A stretch of 63,976 nt of DNA, the filler included, from Saprolegnia diclina VS20 (taxonomy: Eukaryota): the NCBI RefSeq assembly GCF_000281045.1. It is 4 parts of 2 records of this genome, joined end to end, with 100 filler letters (N's around TTAATTAATTAA, not from the genome) between each part and the next. Parts side by side here need not be neighbours in the genome. Positions count along the whole stretch, not along the records: positions 49,266 to 62,433 come from NW_008246092.1; positions 62,534 to 63,976 come from NW_008246093.1; 2 more parts are not named here. One strand, given 5' to 3'. The stretch's first letter is position 1. The number at the start of each line of letters is the position of its first letter. The position numbers and the translations under genes were made by a program. Under the pieces are notes generated by a model that was not told where the DNA came from, ran no database searches, and saw nothing but the letters and a program-made list of their open reading frames with translations. Positions 60,487 through 63,976 of the stretch are shown piece after piece.

Positions 60487-62433
60487 CTACATTTCAAACT
60501 CTTCGTGGTGCAGATCAAAGCGCGATGCGTGCGTCTCGGCTTCGATCGCGCGCAAGAGCGTCTTGGGACCCGAGACAAACACGCCGATCGACGCACTTGC
60601 TGCCGTGGTGTCCTCGAGACCCGCAAAGAAGCGCGACCAGTCCATGCGACCCTGCTGTACGTTGTAGCGCTCGACGAACGCGTCAGTCGACATGGTCGGC
60701 TCCTTGGGATACTCGTCGACCTGCGACCGCGCGACCGGCACCGGGGTGTACGGCTTGACCAAGACGACGACATAGGCCCAGTAGGCGCCAACGACGATCG
60801 CGAGAAACTCCACCAAGCGCTGCAGCGGCCAGTACGACGGGTTGGCGGTCGTGATCTTGTTGTTGTAGTGCACCGCGACAAAGAGCGAGCCAGCGCCAAA
60901 GAACGCTGCGACAAACAAGAGCACTTGGCGCAGCGTCGACACATTGGCGTACGGCCGCGGCGCCACAGTCGAGCTCTTGAGGTCAAACACGTGGTTGCGG
61001 CTCGCAAGCTCGGACGCCGGCGACGTCTCAGTCACAAACAGATGCAAGTGCAAGTGCGACGAGAGACTCGTGGCTTCGTGGAACCACTGCTGGAACTGGG
61101 CCATCATGCGCGCATCGCGCACGTGCCAGACCAAATGGACGTCCTGCCACGACTGCGCGTGCAGCGTGTGCATGACCTGGCCGAGCAACGGGGTGACGCC
61201 GATGCCGCCGCCGACAAAGATCACCTTTTCGTACGACGCCGAGACGAGTGCGGGCGCGACGTACCCGCCATCCATGTACACGACGGGGTCGCTACCGGAA
61301 GCCGTGCACTGACGGACGTATTCGTGCACCTGGCCAGACCACTGGCCTCGCGACTTGATGTACACCGTGAGCGAGCCCGGCGTATGGAGCGGCGTCGACG
61401 CAACGCTGAACGGGTGCCACTGCGTCTTGGAGACCGACGGCACCTTGAGGTAGACAACGTCGCCAGCGTGGTACGACGTCGCACATTCAAAAGTCAGCTC
61501 GGTCACGTCGTGCGGGTGCGCGGCCGCCTTCTGGACAACGACCGGCGCCTGAATCGTGGCCGACGACATCATGCGGTTGCCAATGTAGAGCACGATCGTG
61601 GCGAAGAGGTAGATGGCAATGTTGGCGTAGTGCATGATCGCAAAGGCCGTGGCGGGAATGAAGAGAAAGTGCGTGTAGTAAAACACCTTGTAGTAGTGAC
61701 GGCGCACGTACGGGAGCGACGTGAGGCCCATGACGACCATGCACAAGAACGCGATCCAGCCAAAGGTGTTGATCCAGTTCATCTTGCCTTCCTTGGCCAC
61801 GTTGCAGTTGAAGCACGGCAGCAGCGTCATCGCGTCATTGGCAGCCACATACACTTGGATGGAGAAGGCCGTGTGCAGCGTCGCGCAGAGAATGGTCGCG
61901 ACACCGAGCCAGCGGTGGTACTTGACGGCGTGCGAAAATGGGATACCGAGCCACTCCATCCAAAAGCAGTGGCGCGACGCGGGCAGCGCGAGGAACACCA
62001 TGTTGTACATGGCCGAATATCCGAGCGCTTTGGCAGCGAGTGTGATCTTCTCCTGGGTCTTGCTGCCGGCCTTGACGCGTGTGCTGTAGTAGTAGTAGAA
62101 GAAGATGATGTTGCCGACAGCGACAACGAGCAAGAAGAGGATCTCGCCGTAGCTCACGAGTGACCCGAAGATGCGCGGCTTGCGCTTGAGCAGGTGCGAA
62201 ACACCCGGGACCGGGAACGACGCGCCTTTGCTCACGAGACGCACGAGCAAGAAGGCCACAACGACCGGGAGGATCACACCAAAGAAGAAGTACGACGCAG
62301 TGACCATTTCGGGACGACCCGAGTTCTTGACTTTGGGGTTGATGTTCCAGAGCGGGTTCAAGAACGTCGTCGTGACCGGCGCCACCATCGGCGTAGAGAT
62401 CACCGTGATCGAAAAGACCGAGAAGGCCAAGAG
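60487..62433 (-). CDS. Ferric reductase paralogue, 5' end lost in a gap
   Basis: Highly similar to 51289-53352, with the same His pairs, HPFS, GGGIGVTP and HHEEFEM. Confidence 0.93.
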   Translation of the reverse strand, partial: LLAFSVFSITVISTPMVAPVTTTFLNPLWNINPKVKNSGRPEMVTASYFFFGVILPVVVAFLLVRLVSKGASFPVPGVSHLLKRKPRIFGSLVSYGEILFLLVVAVGNIIFFYYYYSTRVKAGSKTQEKITLAAKALGYSAMYNMVFLALPASRHCFWMEWLGIPFSHAVKYHRWLGVATILCATLHTAFSIQVYVAANDAMTLLPCFNCNVAKEGKMNWINTFGWIAFLCMVVMGLTSLPYVRRHYYKVFYYTHFLFIPATAFAIMHYANIAIYLFATIVLYIGNRMMSSATIQAPVVVQKAAAHPHDVTELTFECATSYHAGDVVYLKVPSVSKTQWHPFSVASTPLHTPGSLTVYIKSRGQWSGQVHEYVRQCTASGSDPVVYMDGGYVAPALVSASYEKVIFVGGGIGVTPLLGQVMHTLHAQSWQDVHLVWHVRDARMMAQFQQWFHEATSLSSHLHLHLFVTETSPASELASRNHVFDLKSSTVAPRPYANVSTLRQVLLFVAAFFGAGSLFVAVHYNNKITTANPSYWPLQRLVEFLAIVVGAYWAYVVVLVKPYTPVPVARSQVDEYPKEPTMSTDAFVERYNVQQGRMDWSRFFAGLEDTTAASASIGVFVSGPKTLLRAIEAETHASRFDLHHEEFEM

Positions 62434-62699
62434 NNNNNNNNNNNNNNNNNNNNNNNNNNNNNNNNNNNNNNNNNNNNTTAATTAATTAANNNNNNNNNNN
62501 NNNNNNNNNNNNNNNNNNNNNNNNNNNNNNNNNCAAAGAGCTGAGCGGTTCAGAAAGCCCATCTCGCCGGTTGAAATGTCAACAGTGGTGACCTATACGA
62601 ACTGATTGAGCGCAAGCAAAGCTACTGGGAGCCCGTGACTGCGTGTGCACGAGTCTGCGATGAGCGGACGGTGCGGTTGTTGCGCTGATGTCAACATTC

Positions 62700-63215
62700 G
62701 GACGTGTCCGATGCAAGCTAACGAGCCTCGCTCACTATGGCCATCGATATGACAGACACGCCGCCGGTACTTGTTTGCTTGTCGTGTCGTTTAGAGACAG
62801 AAAACTGTGCGACTGGTGGTCTGCAGACACAGCAAAAATGTCTAATGCCGCGCAATGACGTCGGGCTTCACACATTGGGCAACGTCGGTCGGTGGCTTCA
62901 TCTACGAAGCCGTCGCTCTGCCGATCGCAGCCCACAAGTCGACCATCCGTGCCCTCTGGCCGATCGTGCGCACTTGCGCTTGGTACAGTCTTTGGCTTGA
63001 ACGCAACAACTGCGTGTTCCGCGCGACATTGACGCCCTTTCCGCTGCTGCGCTCACGGTCAACGCCGCTACGATCACGCGATTGCATATCCGGCACTTGG
63101 CTCGTCACGCCGTGGTGCCTTCGCTTGCCGAGGCGCTCCATGCCCTACGACCCTTACCCCATTCGCCACTCAATCCCGAGCCCCGACCAAGCGCCTTCAG
63201 CTTGACGTACTTATT
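62700..63215 (+). mobile_element. L1/Tx1-like LINE 3' remnant
   Basis: LWPIVRTCAWYSLWLERNNCVFRA, frameshifted, related to the 59960-60410 remnant. Confidence 0.65.
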
Positions 63216-63489
63216 GGGCGACGCTAGAAAGAGTGTACTCTCCGCCCGCTCTCTCTCATCGCACTCGACATTGAATCTTGAAAGCTTCCGCACGAGAGAC
63301 TTGCCGACTGTACGACGACATTCCGAATCTTTAACGACGGTCCTTGATCCATTACGCTGGCGTGAGCCATCCAACAAGGGTCGGCTTGGCGCATGCTACT
63401 GACCGACGTGACGACGACACTGCGATACGAACGCTCTCGTTTCTTGTTGACACGAGTTGATGCTTGATAAAAATGGTGGATAATGACGG

Positions 63490-63835
63490 CCGGTGCGTCA
63501 AGCAGAGGGCGCTTGGTCGGGGCTTGAGATTGTACGAGGGACGACGTCGTGACCAAGGGTCGGTGCGGAGAGCGCTGAGCGACTCGGCAAGCAATGGCGC
63601 CTCTGGATGACGAGCCAAATGCCGGACATGCAATCGCGAGACTGCTTTGATCGCAGCAGCGGAGAGCTTCGTCCACGTCGTGTGGAAACCTCGGTTGTCG
63701 CGTTCAAGCCAAAAGACTGTTCCAGACGCAAGGTCGACCAACGATGGACGCCGAGTAGCACGACAGCGTCGTCGACGAAGCCAACGACCGACGACGGCAG
63801 TTGCGTCTGGAGGATATCGCGCATCGTATCACAAG
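63490..63835 (-). mobile_element. L1/Tx1-like LINE 3' remnant, inverted relative to 62700-63215
   Basis: FWLERDNRGF...LHVRHLARHPEAPLLAESL...KPRPSALCLT parallels LHIRHLARHAVVPSLAEAL...EPRPSAFSLT. Confidence 0.65.
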
Positions 63836-63976
63836 CGCGTTAGACCGCGCAGAGGTATTTACACTCTCTTATTTTGGCGCTACGCTCATTATGTCGTACC
63901 GATCGCTACTAGTATCGACCGGTGAGTTGAAGGAAAACCCTTGCAACTGCGAGGGTGTGAACCCCGTTTGCCCATT

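Overview
Eukaryotic, GC-rich, gene-dense DNA with short (~45-75 nt) GT-AG introns. Gene content and style suggest an oomycete, probably Saprolegniales; this is inference, not a database result. The window is a gapped draft. Three N-flanked TTAATTAATTAA linkers (about 18305, 49210, 62478) indicate artificially joined pieces, so adjacency across them is not biological. Recognisable genes: a mucin-like membrane protein, a protein with about nine helicase-associated (HA)-like repeats, a C2/myotubularin/FYVE phosphatase, an L-type lectin, a PH-like protein, a RETSAT-like oxidoreductase, a SPRY protein, a CCDC66-like protein, a dynein light chain, a choline transporter-like protein, an ARM-like protein, SGTA, MAM33/p32, and two ferric reductases plus a truncated third. 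Two transposon-rich zones are present. The 18.4-26.7 kb zone holds a Harbinger transposase fragment, a Helitron-like remnant with two long hairpins, a Ulp1-like protease split by a Mutator-like element that itself contains a Harbinger element, and a second Harbinger element. The 54.9-63.9 kb zone holds a young, internally deleted Copia element with a ~1 kb repeat expansion, a short TSD-flanked retroposon and LINE 3' remnants. I see no clear-cut novel system. The best candidates are the HA-repeat array, the odd Copia derivative and the hairpin-bearing Helitron/Ulp1 composite.
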